DNA of 64,000 nt from Heterodontus francisci (lineage: Eukaryota): contig NC_090400.1 in NCBI RefSeq assembly GCF_036365525.1, forward strand, positions 42,764,658 through 42,828,657, written 5' to 3'. Of this stretch, positions 48,165-62,262 are shown in pieces (positions within the stretch are counted from its first letter, which is position 1; every line of letters begins with the position of its first letter). The position numbers and the translations under genes are program-made. Below the pieces are notes generated by a model. It was given only the letters and a program-made list of their open reading frames with translations, did not search any database and was not told the origin of the DNA.

Positions 48165-49842
48165 ATTTCCCTTTATTACGAAAGTGACTACGCAGCAAAA
48201 GTACTTAATTGACAGTAAAATACTTTGGGACAATTTGAGGTCATGAATGGTGCGACATGCAAGTTCCTCTTATTTTTTTCTTTTAGAAAAGTTCAAATTG
48301 TCACTTTTTTTTGAGACAGCTCTGGACAGTGTATATAACAATATATTTATGAATAAAAAATGCTTGACTGGGAAAAGCAGGAAAGAACCAGCCATCCAAG
48401 GCTCCCTCATAAGTACTGAATTGTATAGCCAAGCAAAATCCAAGGTTAAATCTTTGCTCAGTCCTGACTTTACTAGTCAAATTCTAGGAACAGGAGTCAG
48501 CCATTCAGCCCCTCAAGCCTGTTTTGCCATTTCGGAGATTATGGCTGATCTGCAACTTAACTTAGGTGTCAGCAAAGCCAAAGGCAGAGAACAGGCATTC
48601 TTAGATTTAGTAACCATTCTGAATTAGTCAACAATCTAACAGTGAAGGAACACCGAACTAACAGTGACCATAATGTGATAGAATTTGACATTAAGTTCGA
48701 GGGGGAGAAGGGTGAATCACGAAACAAGGTTTTTGATGAGGCAGAAAATGTCTACAATAGACTGGGCAGAACTATTAATATGCAAAGCTCAGGATGAGCA
48801 GTGGGAGGTGTTCAGAAAGCTATTTGGTCGAATACAAAATCTATACTTACCTGCAAAGGCTAAGGACTTTACTTATGTAATTAAATAACTTTGGTCAACA
48901 AGGGAAGTGAGAGTTATAGAACTAAATGAAAGGGGCTTATACAAAGGTGACGAACAGTAGCAATTCCACAGACTGGGAGAGATATAAAGAACAGCAAATA
49001 GATACAAAGAAAATGGTAAGAGCTGCAAAAAAAATGCAATAAAACTTGTGACGGATATCAAGGACAACACTGAAGATTTTTGCAAATATATTAAGAGAAA
49101 TAGAATGGCTAAGAGCAATGTGTGGCTTCTTGATGAGAGATGCAGGTGATATTGTAATTGGAAATCCAGAAATGGTAAACTTCACAGTAGAAGATGGGAA
49201 TAAAATATCAGAGATACAAGGAAAATTAAAAATACATCAATGAGGAACTAACTAGATTCGACACAAGTAAAATATAAGTGATGTTGGAGAAACTAATGAG
49301 ATTTAAGACAAACAAATCTTAAGGACCTGATGGTTTCCACCCTAGGATATTGAAAGAAATAGGTGAGGAAATTGTTGATGTGTTCGTCATGTCCCAAAAC
49401 ACTATTGATTCAGGAATTGTCCGCTTAGATTGTAAAATTCTTATGTCACTCCATGATTTAAGAAGGAGGAGAGAAAAAAACTAGGAAATTATAGGCCTAT
49501 TAGTCTAGCGTTAGGTGACGTGAACTTACTACAAACTATTTTTAAGGAACAGAGTGACTTAATTTGGACAAATGCAAGCTAATCAGAGAGAGCCAGCATG
49601 CATTTGTAAACTGTAAGTCATGTTTAACAAACCTCGTTGAATTTCCTAAGGAGCTATCTAGCTTGGTAGATAAGCAAGTGTCTGGATGTTATTTATTTGG
49701 ACTTAAAGAAGGCATTCCACATGAACAATTAACAGATGAGAGCACATGGAATAGGAGGCAACCTATTCAGAGTTGGTTAGGAGATATGAGGCAGAGAATA
49801 GGGATAGTAGGTATGTACTCAGATTGGCACAGTGTGACTAGT

Positions 49843-50679
49843 CCATCCATCAATAATGGCGACCACGCTCTGGAAGTGGTTCAAGAGTTCACCTACCTAG
49901 GCTCAACTATCACCAGTAACCTGTCTCTAGATGCAGAAATCAACAAGCGCATGGGAAAGGCTTCCGCTGCTATGTCCAGACCGGCCAAGAGAGTGTGGGA
50001 AAATGGCGCACTGACACTGAACACAAAAGTCCGAGTGTATCAGGCCTATGTCCTCAGTACCTTGCTCTATGGCAGCGAGGCCTGGACAACGTATGTCAGC
50101 CAAGAGCGACGTCTCAATTCATTCCATCTTCGCTGCCTCTGGAGAATACTTGGCATCAGGTGGCAGGACCGTATCTCCAACACAGAAGTCCTCGAGGCGG
50201 CCAACATCCCCAGCTTATACACACTACTGAGTCAGCGGCGCTTGAGATGGCTTGGCCATGTGAGCCGCATGGAAGATGGCAGGATCCCCAAAGACACATT
50301 GTACAGCGAGCTCGCCACTGGTATCAGACCCACCGGCCGTCCATGTCTCCGCTTTAAAGACGTCTGCAAACGCGAGATGAAATCCTGTGACATTGATCAC
50401 AAGTCGTGGGAGTCAGTTGCCAGCGTTCGCCAGAGCTGGCGGGCAGCCATAAAGACGGGGCTAAAGTGTGGCGAGTCGAAGAGACTTAGTAGTTGGCAGG
50501 AAAAAAGACAGAGGCCAACTGTGTAACAGCCCCAACAAACAAATTTCTCTGCAGCACCTGTGGAAGAGCCTCTCACTCTAGAATTGGCCTTTATAGCCAC
50601 TCCAGGCGCTGCTTCACAAACCACTGACCACCTCCAGGCGCTTACCCATTGTCTCTCGAGATGAGGAGGCCAAAGAGAA
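49843..50679 (+). mobile_element. RTE LINE, 5'-truncated, with 7-bp TSD
   Basis: Near-identical to the reverse complement of 2488-3335; gactagt at 49836-49842 and 50680-50686. Confidence 0.95.
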
Positions 50680-50778
50680 GACTAGTGGTGTCCGCCTGGG
50701 ATCTGTACTGGGGCCACAGCCTTTCACTACATTTATGAATGACTCGATGAAGGAATAGAGTGCTGTATATATAAGTTT

Positions 50779-51033
50779 TATATATTTTTTTTATATTTTA
50801 GAGATACAGCACTGAAACAGGCCCTTCGGCCCACCGAGTCTGTGCCGACCATCAACCACCCATTTATACTAATCCTACACTAATTCCATATTCCTACCAC
50901 ATCCCCACCTGTCCCTATATTTCCCTCCCACCTACCTACACTAGGGGCAATTTATAACAGCCAATTTACCTATCAACCTGCAAGTCTTTGGCATGTGGGA
51001 GGAAACCAGAGCACCCGGAGAAAACCCACGCAG
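50779..51033 (-). mobile_element. HE1 SINE, 5'-truncated
   Basis: Tail and part of the V-domain; aagttt on both flanks. Confidence 0.9.
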
Positions 51034-51324
51034 AAGTTTGCTGACAACATTTAAGTTGGGTGTCACAGTAGCATTGATGTGAGCACAAAGTTGTAAAAGG
51101 ACATCGATGGATTAAGTGAGTGTGCAAAACTGGCAGAAGGAGTTCAAAGTGGAAAAGTGTGAGGTCACCCACTTTGGACCTAAGAAATCTAGATCAGAGT
51201 AATTTCTAAATCGTGAGAGGCTAGGAACTATAGATGAGCAGAGATATTTAGAGGTCCAACTACAGAAAGCTAGTGAACAGGCACAAAAATTGATTAAAAA
51301 TGCTAAATACTCAATACTTGAGTA

Positions 51325-53022
51325 TTGAAGCCCAAGATCCCATATGCTTTGCTAACCTCTCTTCTCAATATGTCCTGCCACCTTTAAAGATCTATACACG
51401 TGAATCCTGAGGTCCCTCTGTCCCTATACATTCTTCATGTGTCTTTTGGTTTATATTGTCTCTCCCTATCCCTTCTGTCAAAATGCATTCACCTCACACT
51501 TCTCTATTAAATTCTGCCACTTTTCTCCCCATTCTGCAAGCCTATCAATGTCCTGTTACAGCCGATTGGTATCATCCTCGCTGTCTGCCACACCTCCAAG
51601 TTTAGTATCAGTGGCAAATTTAGAAATTTTATTCTGTATTCCAATATCCAAGTCATCAAAAAGGCAGTGGTCCTAACCCTGAACCTTGGGAACACCACTG
51701 TCTACCACCAATCTGAAAAACAACAATTTACCACAACTTGCTGTTTTCTGTCCTTGAGCCATTTTTAAAAAATCTAAGCTGACACTGACTCTCCGATTCC
51801 ATGAGCCTCAATTTTATTAACCAGCCTTTTTTTTGGTACTTGTCAAATGCTTCCTTAAAATCAATATGGAGAAATCCATTACTTTCTCTTCATCAACCTT
51901 CTCTTACTTCAAAAAAATCAATTAGTCAAGCACGGTCTGCATTTTACAAATCTATGCTGGCTCTCCTCAACTAACTCAAACCTCTCCAAGTGCCTTTTGA
52001 TTTTTTTCTCTCCTGATTATTGTTTCTAAAACCTTATCCACCGCAGATGTTAAATTGACTGGTCTGTAGTTACTAGGAATATCCTTACACCCTCTCTTGA
52101 ATAAGAGTGTCATATTTGCCACACTCCAATCCTCTGGCACTTCCCCCGTATCTCGTGAAGATTGGAAGATAATGGCAAGCCCTTCTGCTATCTCCACTCC
52201 CACTTCCTTTAGCAACCTGGAATGCAAGCCATTCAGTCTAGGCGACTTATCCACTCCAAGCATAGCCAGCCTTTCCAGTACATCCTTCCTATCAATTTTC
52301 ACCCCATCCATTATCTCCACCATCTCCACTTCTAGCGATATTGTCAGCATCCTCTTCTTCCTTAGTAAACACCGATACAAAGTACTCATGAAGTTTTCTA
52401 ACCTTACCTTGTGCCTCAAAGAATATATCGCATTCGTTGTCCTCAATAGGCCTTGCCCCACCTCTTACAATCCACTTAATATTTACATGCTGGTAGAATA
52501 TCTTTGGGTTCTCTTTTATCTTAATTGTCATTCTATTCTCATATTCTCTGTTTGCCAGTCCTATTTTTGTCTTCACTTCCCCTCTCAAATTATTGATTTG
52601 GGCTGGTTCTCGCTTGAAGAATTCACCTGGCATGCATTATACACTTTTTTTTTTTTTGTTTAATCATATCTCCCTCGTCATCCAAGGAGCCCCGGCTTTG
52701 GTTCCCTTACCCTTTTCCCTGCACCTAGCCTGTACCTGAAACATCTCCTTTACAAATCACCCATTGTTTCGTTACCGCTTTTCCGGTCAATCTTTGGTTC
52801 TATTTTACCCTGACTAGGTCCCCTCTCATCCCATTGAAGTTAGTCCTCTTTAATTTAGAAGTTGTACTTTAGATTGTTCCTTGCTCTTCTCCGTTACTAA
52901 TCTAAACCTTTATGATACGATGATCACTGTTACCCAAGTGTTCCCCCACAGACACATGGTCCATTTGGCCCACCTCATTCTCCAGCACCAGATCAAGAAA
53001 TGCCTCCTTCCTAGTTGGACAG

Positions 53023-53083
<61 letters not shown>

Positions 53084-54620
53084 CCGCTCACCCCCCATCC
53101 TTTCCAACACTACAATGTCTTTCCTAATTAGTACTGCCACCCTACCTCCCGTTTTCCTGCCCTATCTTTTCTGAACACTTTGTATTCTTCAATATTAAGT
53201 GCCCAGTTCTTACAATTTTTAAGCTATGTTTCTGTTATTGCCACTATATCATATTCCCACATGGCTATTTGTGCTTGTACCTCACCAGCCTTATTGACCA
53301 CACTTTGTGCATTTGCATACATGCATTGTAAATCTGTCTTTGTATTCCTTGTAGTCCTTCTTGGTCTGTTCCTGTCTAATATGATACTAATTCCTTCTCT
53401 AGTACTATCCAACACTCACTCCTTTATGCACTTTATTCCTCTTTTCTACTTCTATATGCTGGTGCCCATTCCATGCAAATTTAGTTTAAACCCTTCCCAA
53501 CCACACTAGTGATTCTGTCTGCGAACACATTGGTCCCAGTCCTGTTGTAGTCCCTTTTGAATAGGTGCCTCCTGCCCCAGAACTGGTCTCAATGTCCCAA
53601 GAATCTGAAGTACACCCTCACGCCACACATTGATCCGTCCTATCTTCCTATTTCTACTCTCGCTAGCTCTTGGTACTGGGAGTAAACCAGAGATGACTAC
53701 CTTCAAGATCCTATTTTTTAACTTCCTTCTCAGCTCCTAAAAGTATGACCATAGAACCTCAATACCTGCTCTTTCTGTCCTTGGTACCAACGTGTACCAC
53801 AACCTCTTTCTCACTCCCTCCTGCAGATTCTTCACCCTCTCCATGATTTCCTTTACCCTGGAACCAGGGAAGCACCATGCAGGACTCACAGTTGCAGAAA
53901 TGCCTGTCTGTCCCCCTAACTATGAATCTCCTAAAATGACTGCGTTTGTACTGTTTGCTGTTCCCTCCCCTGCTGTCTCTTGCCCATTGGTGCCACAGTC
54001 TGGACTGCACTCTTTCAAGAGTTTGTTACACTCAGCAGTTTCCAAAGCAAAAAACTGGTTTGAGAGTGGCACAGACTCTGAAGGCTCCTGCACCTCCTGC
54101 CTCTTCTGGATGGTCACCCATCTACAATCCCGAACTCTCTCTGTGGGGTAACCACCTCCTGGGACATACGATCCAGTAAAGTCTCACCCTCCTTGTTGTT
54201 CTGCAGTGAGTCCAGTTGCCCCTCAGGCTCAGAAATCATGAGACACTTCCTATACATGTGGTCCCCAAGGCACATGAACTGTCCTGAAGTTCCATATGAC
54301 GCAGGAATTGCAAGCAACATGTCTCTGCTGCCCATCTGTGATCTAAGAAAAAAAATCCTTATTTGCTCTTTTATAATCTAGTTAGTATCTTGTATAAAGT
54401 ATTAATTTTAATTAATGAATCTAGACCTGCTCTGTGCTCAATCCTTATTAATTCACTTAGTTATACTTACCCCAATTGAAGTTTTATTAATTAAGCTAAG
54501 TTGTAAATTTAACAGTGCTTTATAGTTTCCCAGGTCTAGTTTAAACCGCAGCCTTTGTTTAGAGAGGGGAAAAAACCCTTAAAACTCACAAACCAATCAC
54601 CTGCTTGCTGTCCTCTTGAC
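51325..54620 (-). mobile_element. Old, long CR1 including ORF1 (SGNH esterase remnants) and probable 5' UTR
   Basis: VPLSNQFFALE, AVILGDS, VVVHVGTKD, LQCMYANAQS, DIVAITET, KSPRLNG, NYRPVNLTS peptides on the minus strand. Confidence 0.88.
53026..53078. repeat. (TC)n microsatellite
   Basis: Perfect dinucleotide run. Confidence 0.98.
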
Positions 54621-54764
54621 TTCATTCCTTGCTTTTTTGGAAAACACTGTGTAAGGTCTGCGCTTTTCACCCTGCTCTGATTTATCTGATGCTGCTGCTG
54701 CTGCCTTCAAAACGTTCTATATGATGCACTGATGTTGCTAAATAACATTACCACAAGAGTGAAC

Positions 54765-55710
54765 AGCAACTTGTATAGCTCTGTTAACATAATAAAACAT
54801 TCCAAGGGGCTTCACAGCAAAAAGAAATGACACCGAGCCACATAAGATATTAGGTCAGATGACCAAGAGCTTGGTCGAAGAGGTACATTTTCAGGAGTGT
54901 CTTAAAGGAGGAAAGCAAGCTAGAGAGAGAGAAGTTTAGGGAAGGAATTCCAGAGCTTGGGGCCTAGGCAGCTGAAGGTGTGGTCACCAATGGCAAAGTA
55001 TTTAAAATCAGGGATGCTTGAGGCCATAATTAGATGAGTGCCAATATCTCAGTGGGTTGTAGGGCTGGAGGAAATTACAGAGCTAGGGAGCAGCGAGGCC
55101 ATAGAGGGATTTGAAAACAAGGATGAGAATTTTGAAATCAAGACTATGCTTGTTCGGGAGCCAGTGTAGGTCATTGAGCATGGGTGCTAAGTGAATGGAA
55201 CATTGCAAGTTAGAACACGGGCAACAAAGTTTTGGATGACCTCAAGTCTACGGAGGGCAGAATGCCAGTAGTGTGTTGGAATAGTGAAGTCAGAGGTAAC
55301 TAGGTATGAATGAGGGTTTCAGCAGCAGATGAGCTGAAGCTGGGGGTGAAGTCAGTGATAGAGGTGGAAATAGATGGTCTTAGTGATGGTGTAAATATGT
55401 GCTCTCAGATGATGTCATCAAGGGGCAGCACATAGATGAAAAGTAGGAAGAGGCTAAGGATAAATACTTGGGAGACACCAGAGGTAACCGTGTAGGAGCA
55501 GGAAGAGAAGCCATTGCAAGTGATGATCTGGCTATGCTTGGATAGATAAGAATGGAAGCAGGTGAGAGCAGTCCCAGCCAGCTCAACAGCAGTGGAGAGG
55601 CATTGGAAGAAGGTGGTGTGGTCCTCCATGTTAAAGGCTGTAGTTAAGTCGAGAAGAATGAGAAGGGATAGTTTACCTTTGTAGTGGTCACATAGGATGT
55701 CATTTGTTGT
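54765..55710 (-). mobile_element. Old L2 LINE 3' portion
   Basis: DHTTFFQCLST...SGVSQVFILS peptide; antisense homology to 18000-19250. Confidence 0.82.
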
Positions 55711-57679
55711 TGCAATCTAGTATATGCAAACCCTGAAGTACCTTGCAGTGGTAACACCTCCAAATTCAAACCTTTCACTTAATAAAAATCACATCATAAT
55801 GCATTTTCACAAATTCTTCAATTGAAAGACAAGGCAGGCAGGAAAGTTCATAATTCCTTGAGCAGGATGGTAGTTTTATCTGAAATTATGCCTGCATTGC
55901 TTTCAGATAAAGGTGGGGTGACAGGAGGTGTGTATCACTTACTAAAAGGGCCATCTTTGTTGATGCTAGGACTGAAGCAAAGACCTGCAATTTTTTGTGC
56001 ACTCTTTTGTGGCTTTTTTAAAAAAAAACAGTGTGCCTTTTTAGACCTGTTTCTTTTCTTTTGGAATCTGGGAAAAGTGAGTTTCTGCATCCTATTGAAA
56101 GCATGGAATTTTCCTCCTTTTTTATAGTTAAATGTGGTTTTGCACTAGAATGAGTTAATCAACACTCAATGTAAAGTCTAAGCAGTATGAGACAGCCGAC
56201 TACAGGAGGTTTGTACTTCCCTGTTTCAGTGAATTGAGGATTCGGATCACCTCCTGACTCCCAAGTTACACTGCCAAAAGGGAACAGACACTGTTTTGCA
56301 TAAACCTGAAAGTACTAGCATAAGGATGGTGTTAATGTGATATTGCTCAGGTTAACTATTTTCAGGTGGATTGCAGAACTAGTTTGTGCCTGAAAATGAC
56401 ATCTTAATTGATAGTTGTGATGACTTAAAGACTAAATAAACAAAGACCCCGAACAAGATTCCAAAATAATTTAGCCTTTTTCTTTGTGTAGCCAGAAACC
56501 TACTTTTGAGTGCAGAACTATTTTTAATGAACGCATCAGCCTGAATAATTTTTTAAAAAAAATAAATAGCTGTTATTATTTAACCATTGGTTCTTACAAG
56601 GTCAATAGTCTGCTGATTCGACAAAGTCTGTCATTTTAATTGTGAGCACAATGGCAAAAAGAGGAAAGTGGTTGTTGTGACCGACTATAGGCTTATTAGT
56701 GAATGTGTGTAATGAAAGACAAATGTGGAGTGATGAGAAATGCCAAGTTGGTTTTAATGTTTTCCTTACTGAATTTACAAGTCTATAATTAACTCCAGTT
56801 TTATTATGGGATTTAACTGTTGGGGGAGTAGAGTATTTAAGAAGCTGTGTTCACTTTCTAAGAAAGGTTTGGTTTAAATTATAGTAGGAAGTTTTGATCT
56901 TTTTGGAGCTTGGGTTATGACTCAGACCTTGTATCACAAACAATAAGCATCCAATTATAAGAGAGTCATTGCATATTTTCAGTGACCTAAAGAATGGGCG
57001 TGATTCAGTGCAGTTAACAACGAGGCGGTGGGGGTGAGGCGAGTTAATGAAGGAGTAAACTTTTCCAGTGCAGATGATTAGTTACCTGAAGCTGTTTGCT
57101 CCATTTGAACTCGAATTATTTTCTAGACTTTGGGTTCAGAACTACAAGTTGCCCACAGATAGAAGCACAATGTTTTATGGAATTTTGCTGCCATAACGCA
57201 CTGAAGGAGTTTAAAATATCTCTGATCAGCTGTACTGAAAATCTTGTGTTACTTATTACAGGAGGGACTGTGTGTTCTTTGGACTTGTAAATATTATGTG
57301 AGCCCTTCCTTCCTAGATATTGTGGCTACAGAGGTAATGACACGGTAGCTGAAGTGATTGATATCAGTAAAATAACGTCAATGCTAAATTAGGTTGGTGA
57401 AGGGAGGCTTTATGTGATTTAATCTTTTATCGCATAGTCACTGTTTGTTTGGGTAGAATTCAAATTGAGAGTAGATTGAGGTAAGGGTAAAACTCACATT
57501 GTTTTTCTTCATTATTTCCTGTACACTGTGCCTTTCATGTAAACAAATAAAGGGCACAGTGTATATTAGAATATTTGCTGAGACACAATTATATTCGCCA
57601 CACATGCTAATGACAAAACTGTTGCTTTTTGGAACAGTTTAGATCAGGAACTATGTCTGCTTGGTTTTATTGGCAGCTT

Positions 57680-57910
57680 ATTGGCTGAGTCAGATGTTTT
57701 GTGGTTCAAGCCCTTCACATCATCTAGGATGACGCTCTAGTGCAGTTCTATGGGGATGCTGCCCTTCAGGTGAAACATTAAGCTGAGTGCTCGTTTGCTT
57801 GTTTCATTGCTTCACATGGCCATTAAATATTTCATGGAATTATTTGAAAAAGAGCATGGAGCTGTTCCTAAATCCTGACCATATTTTATCTTCAAACAAC
57901 ATCACTAGAA
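57680..57910 (+). mobile_element. Decayed Deu-domain SINE
   Basis: ctgagtcagatg..ggttcaagccc head, tcaggtgaaacattaagctgag core; related to 43050-43256 and 28990-29120. Confidence 0.6.
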
Positions 57911-58168
57911 TCATAATTTTACTGCAGCATTTCATTATGTCCGTGCCATTCTCTGAAAAACTTTCCATTAGTGCCATGCTACTGCCTTTTCCCCATATCC
58001 TTTTAATTTTTAAAATTTTTTTTAAAGTATTTATTCACTTCCCTTTTAAGAGCTCTTAAGGATTCTATTTCTAGTACAGTTTCATGACCTAACAACCCTC
58101 AGCATTTTTTTTTTATCCTAACCACACTCCCTCCCCTTTTTTCTTTTGGTGACCATCTTAGATTTATG

Positions 58169-58279
58169 TTAGATTTAGAGTTCTGATGAAGGGTCACTGA
58201 CCTGAAATGTAAACTCTGCTTCTGTCTCCACTGATGCTGCCAAACTTGCTGAGTATTTCTAGCATTTCTTGTTTTTATT
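58169..58279 (+). ncRNA. Penelope-derived repeat with minimal hammerhead motif (58178-58216), flanked by an 11-bp direct repeat
   Basis: GAGTT CTGATGA ag GGTC act GACC t GAAA tGTA AACTC; ttagatttatg at 58158-58168 and 58280-58290. Confidence 0.7.
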
Positions 58280-59979
58280 TTAGATTTATGCCCTCTAGTT
58301 ACCAAGTCATCAGTTAGTGGAAATAGACCCTTGCTAGGTCACCTCTGTTCCAGTGAGAATTCTGTCTTCATAACTAAAGCCTCTTGTTCCTTATATCATC
58401 TTAGTGATTCTTTTCTAGGTTGTCTTCATGGACTTGACATCATTACTAAAATAGGAATCTCAAAAGTGAACACAGTATTCCAACCACAGCCTGTTAAGTG
58501 ATTTCACTGACCACTTTGTTTTTGTACTCTCTGCTCCTATTTAAAAAACCCAGGACCCCATACGTTTTTAACTGTGCAATTTGTTCTCAACATCTATTTG
58601 GTCAATCTGCTCACTTCTTGATGTCCTTCTGTGTTGTTTATGGTTAACCACATTCCCCATTTTTATATCTGCAAATTTTGATATTGTGTTTTCTGTAGCT
58701 AAGTCCAGATCAATTTTTATATAGTGTATATATTTTGGGAAGAGCAGTGGTGACCTGAAACTGTGTGTACATTCCTCCAGTCCAAAAATACTCATTGCTC
58801 TTTGTGGCACAAAATGGTTGCCTTGGTTACCTACATATTTCAGAGAAGCATGGTAAGATGCCATATAAGAGATTTGTCTATTTTATTTGTTTTCTTCCAT
58901 CAGGTTTACAGCTTTTATAGACACCATTCTTGCATCTGAATTGATGGTTCTAAAAGAAGGTTGATTGTTTCATCCTTAAATCCACTTGCTACTTGCTTGC
59001 ATAAATTGTTGGGAATTGTTCCCAAATTCTCTGAGCCCATACAAAATATTTTTGTGCCTTCATGTTGCCCATCCACAGCTTGTCCTCTTGCTACCTGATA
59101 GTTCTAAAATGTGTGCACATTGATGCAGTTTCTGACTGACACACAGTGCAGACTCCACAGACTTGAGGGGGAAAAATTGTGTTAATGGAGCTGCACTGTT
59201 TATGTTGGTCACAGATCCCATGAAATCTGCTTGAATGGACTTGAATACTGAGCTAGGATTCTAGCATCTGGTTTGGATTAAGCTCAGTTAACAATGTAAA
59301 CAGTGCAAGCAAATCTTGGAATAGCTGATTATTGAGTAGATTTGGCTTAAATATTCTGTTATTATATATTTTGATTGGTCCCCAGCCACTGAGACTGTAT
59401 TAGATTGTCTTATCAGACAAAGCAGTGGGGTGGTGATTTGTTCGTCACTTGCTGGACTTGCAGTCCCTGCTTGTTTTAATCCAATCTGTATTCTGTAGTA
59501 GGTGGTCAGTCAGCATCGACAGAGAACAGTTATCGTTTCACGGTCTAGCTTCTCCACAAATGCTGACTGACCTGCTGAGTGTTTCAGCATTTTCAGTTTT
59601 TGTTTGATTTCCAGCATCTACAGATGTTTTGCTTTTTGTATATTCAAAATCACACCTATAGTGGCAATTTGTAATTGGAGTAAAGCCTGTACTGTCTTTA
59701 ATCTGACCTTCAGTTGTCTATGGAAATTTGCTGAGTTATGTGTTCCTTGTGAGCATATCTCTTCAATCAGTTTCCAATCTATAGAAATAATTGCCGACAG
59801 TGAATGACCAGCAGAGTGACCACTGTCTGCCAATACACACAAAAAAAGGGAGCAGGTTTTACAGTAGAATTTAAAAATCTGGTTGAATGCTTTGACAACT
59901 GATGGCCCAAGTGGTCCAGCTCTGCTCAATGACATTCACCTACCTAGCCTGGATTAAGGTAAAAATTCTATATAAAGAA

Positions 59980-60830
59980 TGGCCTGAATTTTGTGATTAG
60001 TGGCAAAACAAGGGCACTCACCACTGACCTCAAAGAAAGCAGCCCACAAAATGGCCTCCTGCTGTGCTGTATCCATTCTATGATTCTAGAAAATTTGCAG
60101 AGCGAAGGGGAAAAGGTGGGGGAGTAGTGGGACTAGGTGAGATGGCCTCCTTGTGTGCAATAACGCATTCTTTGATACTAAGATCTAGCGATCCTGGTTT
60201 TGCACTCTCCCGACAGTTTAAATCCGGTGGCAAGTCAAGGGAATGTCTTGGAGTCCAGCAGCAGTAATGTCAGCAAGCAGATAAACAACCAATCACACTG
60301 AAGTATTCACACACAGCAAACCAGGAAGCTAAAAGCACTTAATTTATTTAATTTAAATTTTCAGATATTGAAATAAATGATTGGATTAAGATAGAAGTGA
60401 ATATAAACTTTTCAAAAATTTTTTTTTTAGAGAATGTGGATTTTTAAAAAATCATTAAGCAGAAATCTGACAATTCACAAATATTTAAAATTTGCTCTTC
60501 AGGGCCAGTAAGTAGGTTTAGCAATAATTCTGCAATTAGCATGCTGTTAAAATCCCAGTTGCATCTCATTCCATAAGGTGCAACTTTTCAAGGGTTTTTA
60601 CAAAGAGACTACCAGCATAGAATGGACGTTTTCGTCAAATCATGATTGCAAGGGAGATTGCAATCTGTAGGAACCACTACAGTGCACTATATGGAGGAGC
60701 ATAGACTCACTGACAGCGATTTCTGCATTATTCTGCACATGACTCCCAAAGTTGGTCTGACTTTCAGTAGAATAATGAAGGCAAACGCTGACAGCTTTGC
60801 CATCATTACCACAGCGAAGTTTGGGTTAAG
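59980..60830. mobile_element. Decayed MITE-like element
   Basis: Degenerate termini ggcctgaattttg / cgaagtttgggtt around an AT-rich core. Confidence 0.4.
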
Positions 60831-62174
60831 GAATCTGCGTACTTGTAACCGTAGTGTTTAATAGGACTATTTGAAGAAGCTAGTAAGATATGTTTTGTTT
60901 CTGAAATGGCCCATTAAGTTTCTACTTGAATATAAATTGAAGGTCCAATAGCAAAGTGGTGGAAGTTTATTCTGGCTGATTTAAAGGCAACTTTTTAATT
61001 GGTATCTATCATCTTCACAAAAGGAAAAAGCCCTTGAGACAAACCAGTTATTTCACAGATGGGTAATAATCACCTATTGCTCATACAAATAAACAAGTAG
61101 TGTCTGATCTCTGTGCTGACATAGGACCTCACCATATATGGTAAAACTATGGGAGACCTTGCACTGATTAATTGCAGCAATAATTGAATGAGTTAAGTTT
61201 AATTTTATATTGGATCTTTTTTTGATAAAGATAACTTCATGACAATCCTAAAAGTGATATTGCAAAATTGATCGAAGTGCGCTAACAAAAAAGGATTTCA
61301 CCAGAGTAGTGATTTATACCCAAGATTGCACCTTTTTTATTTTTCTTCCTTTCCTAAAGGTGTGGACTCATGGTTTATACAGTTCATCTGATATAGATGA
61401 TTCCAGCAGAGATGCTGGAAATCAATCAGGAGCAAGAACCCTGGCTGATTTTCCCTAACTGGAGTCACTGCGGCAAAGTTTAACACCCATACAACAGCCG
61501 AAGTAGCATATGTATCGCTTGGCAATAGAATGTCTCTTCTGACACCAGTTCTGGCACCCATCAATACCACAAAATTCTCCCAACTGGTATGTTGCTTCCC
61601 AGGATTCTGGACATCACTGAATAAAGTGATGATTCTCAGTGTAGTAGATTAATATTAAATTCGAACCTTGTGTTAATTATCTTATGAAAGAGATTTAATT
61701 GGCAGTTTCACTTATGATCCTGCCTTTTATTTTTCTTCCATTTTCCCTCCTGCCCCCAATCCCAAACCAGATTTTGGGTATTATATAAATGAAACCAGAA
61801 GGTTTTTAAAAAAAATTGTTTTGTGAAAGCAGACACTCTCACTGTGCTCTCACTTGACTCAGTGCAATTCCAACCTGGCAGTATATGTTTGCTATTTAAG
61901 TTCGCTATTGCTGGTGCATTCTGTACTACGTTAGGTGCCTTTCTGAAGGGAGGGAAATAATGGATGTGATCTGAAGCTGATGGGTGGTCTGAAAGGGACA
62001 GAGTTTTGGGCCAGTAGACTTTTCCTCCTCTGAGTTCTTCGATTTATTGACACCATGCTGAACCAAGAACAATGCAATTGTAAATTGGTCTTTTCCTTGG
62101 TTTGTACTACTTCATGCATCACATTATTAACATGCAAGATGCCATTGCCTTGTTGCACAGCCATTATTAGATAT

Positions 62175-62262
62175 ATAAACAGAAAATGCTTGAAATATTC
62201 AGCAGGCCAGGCCACGAGAGAAACAGAGTTAATATTTCAGGTTGTTGACCTTTTGTCTGAAT
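62175..62262 (-). mobile_element. Degenerate Penelope-derived repeat
   Basis: aaacagaaaatgcttgaaatattcagcagg...gagttaatatttcaggttgttgacctt; hammerhead core mutated. Confidence 0.55.

Larger units (their letters stand above)
48560..51310 (+). mobile_element. Old CR1 ORF2 remnant with nested RTE and HE1
   Basis: SQHAFVNCKSCLTNLVEF; ggacctgatggtttccaccctagg; actagtggtgtcc...gtactggggcc. Confidence 0.8.

Noticed and set aside
49564-50526. 320-aa ORF that looks like a novel chimeric RT
   Set aside because: Chance in-frame join of decayed CR1 sequence and a 5'-truncated RTE (TSD gactagt); lacks the catalytic RT core.
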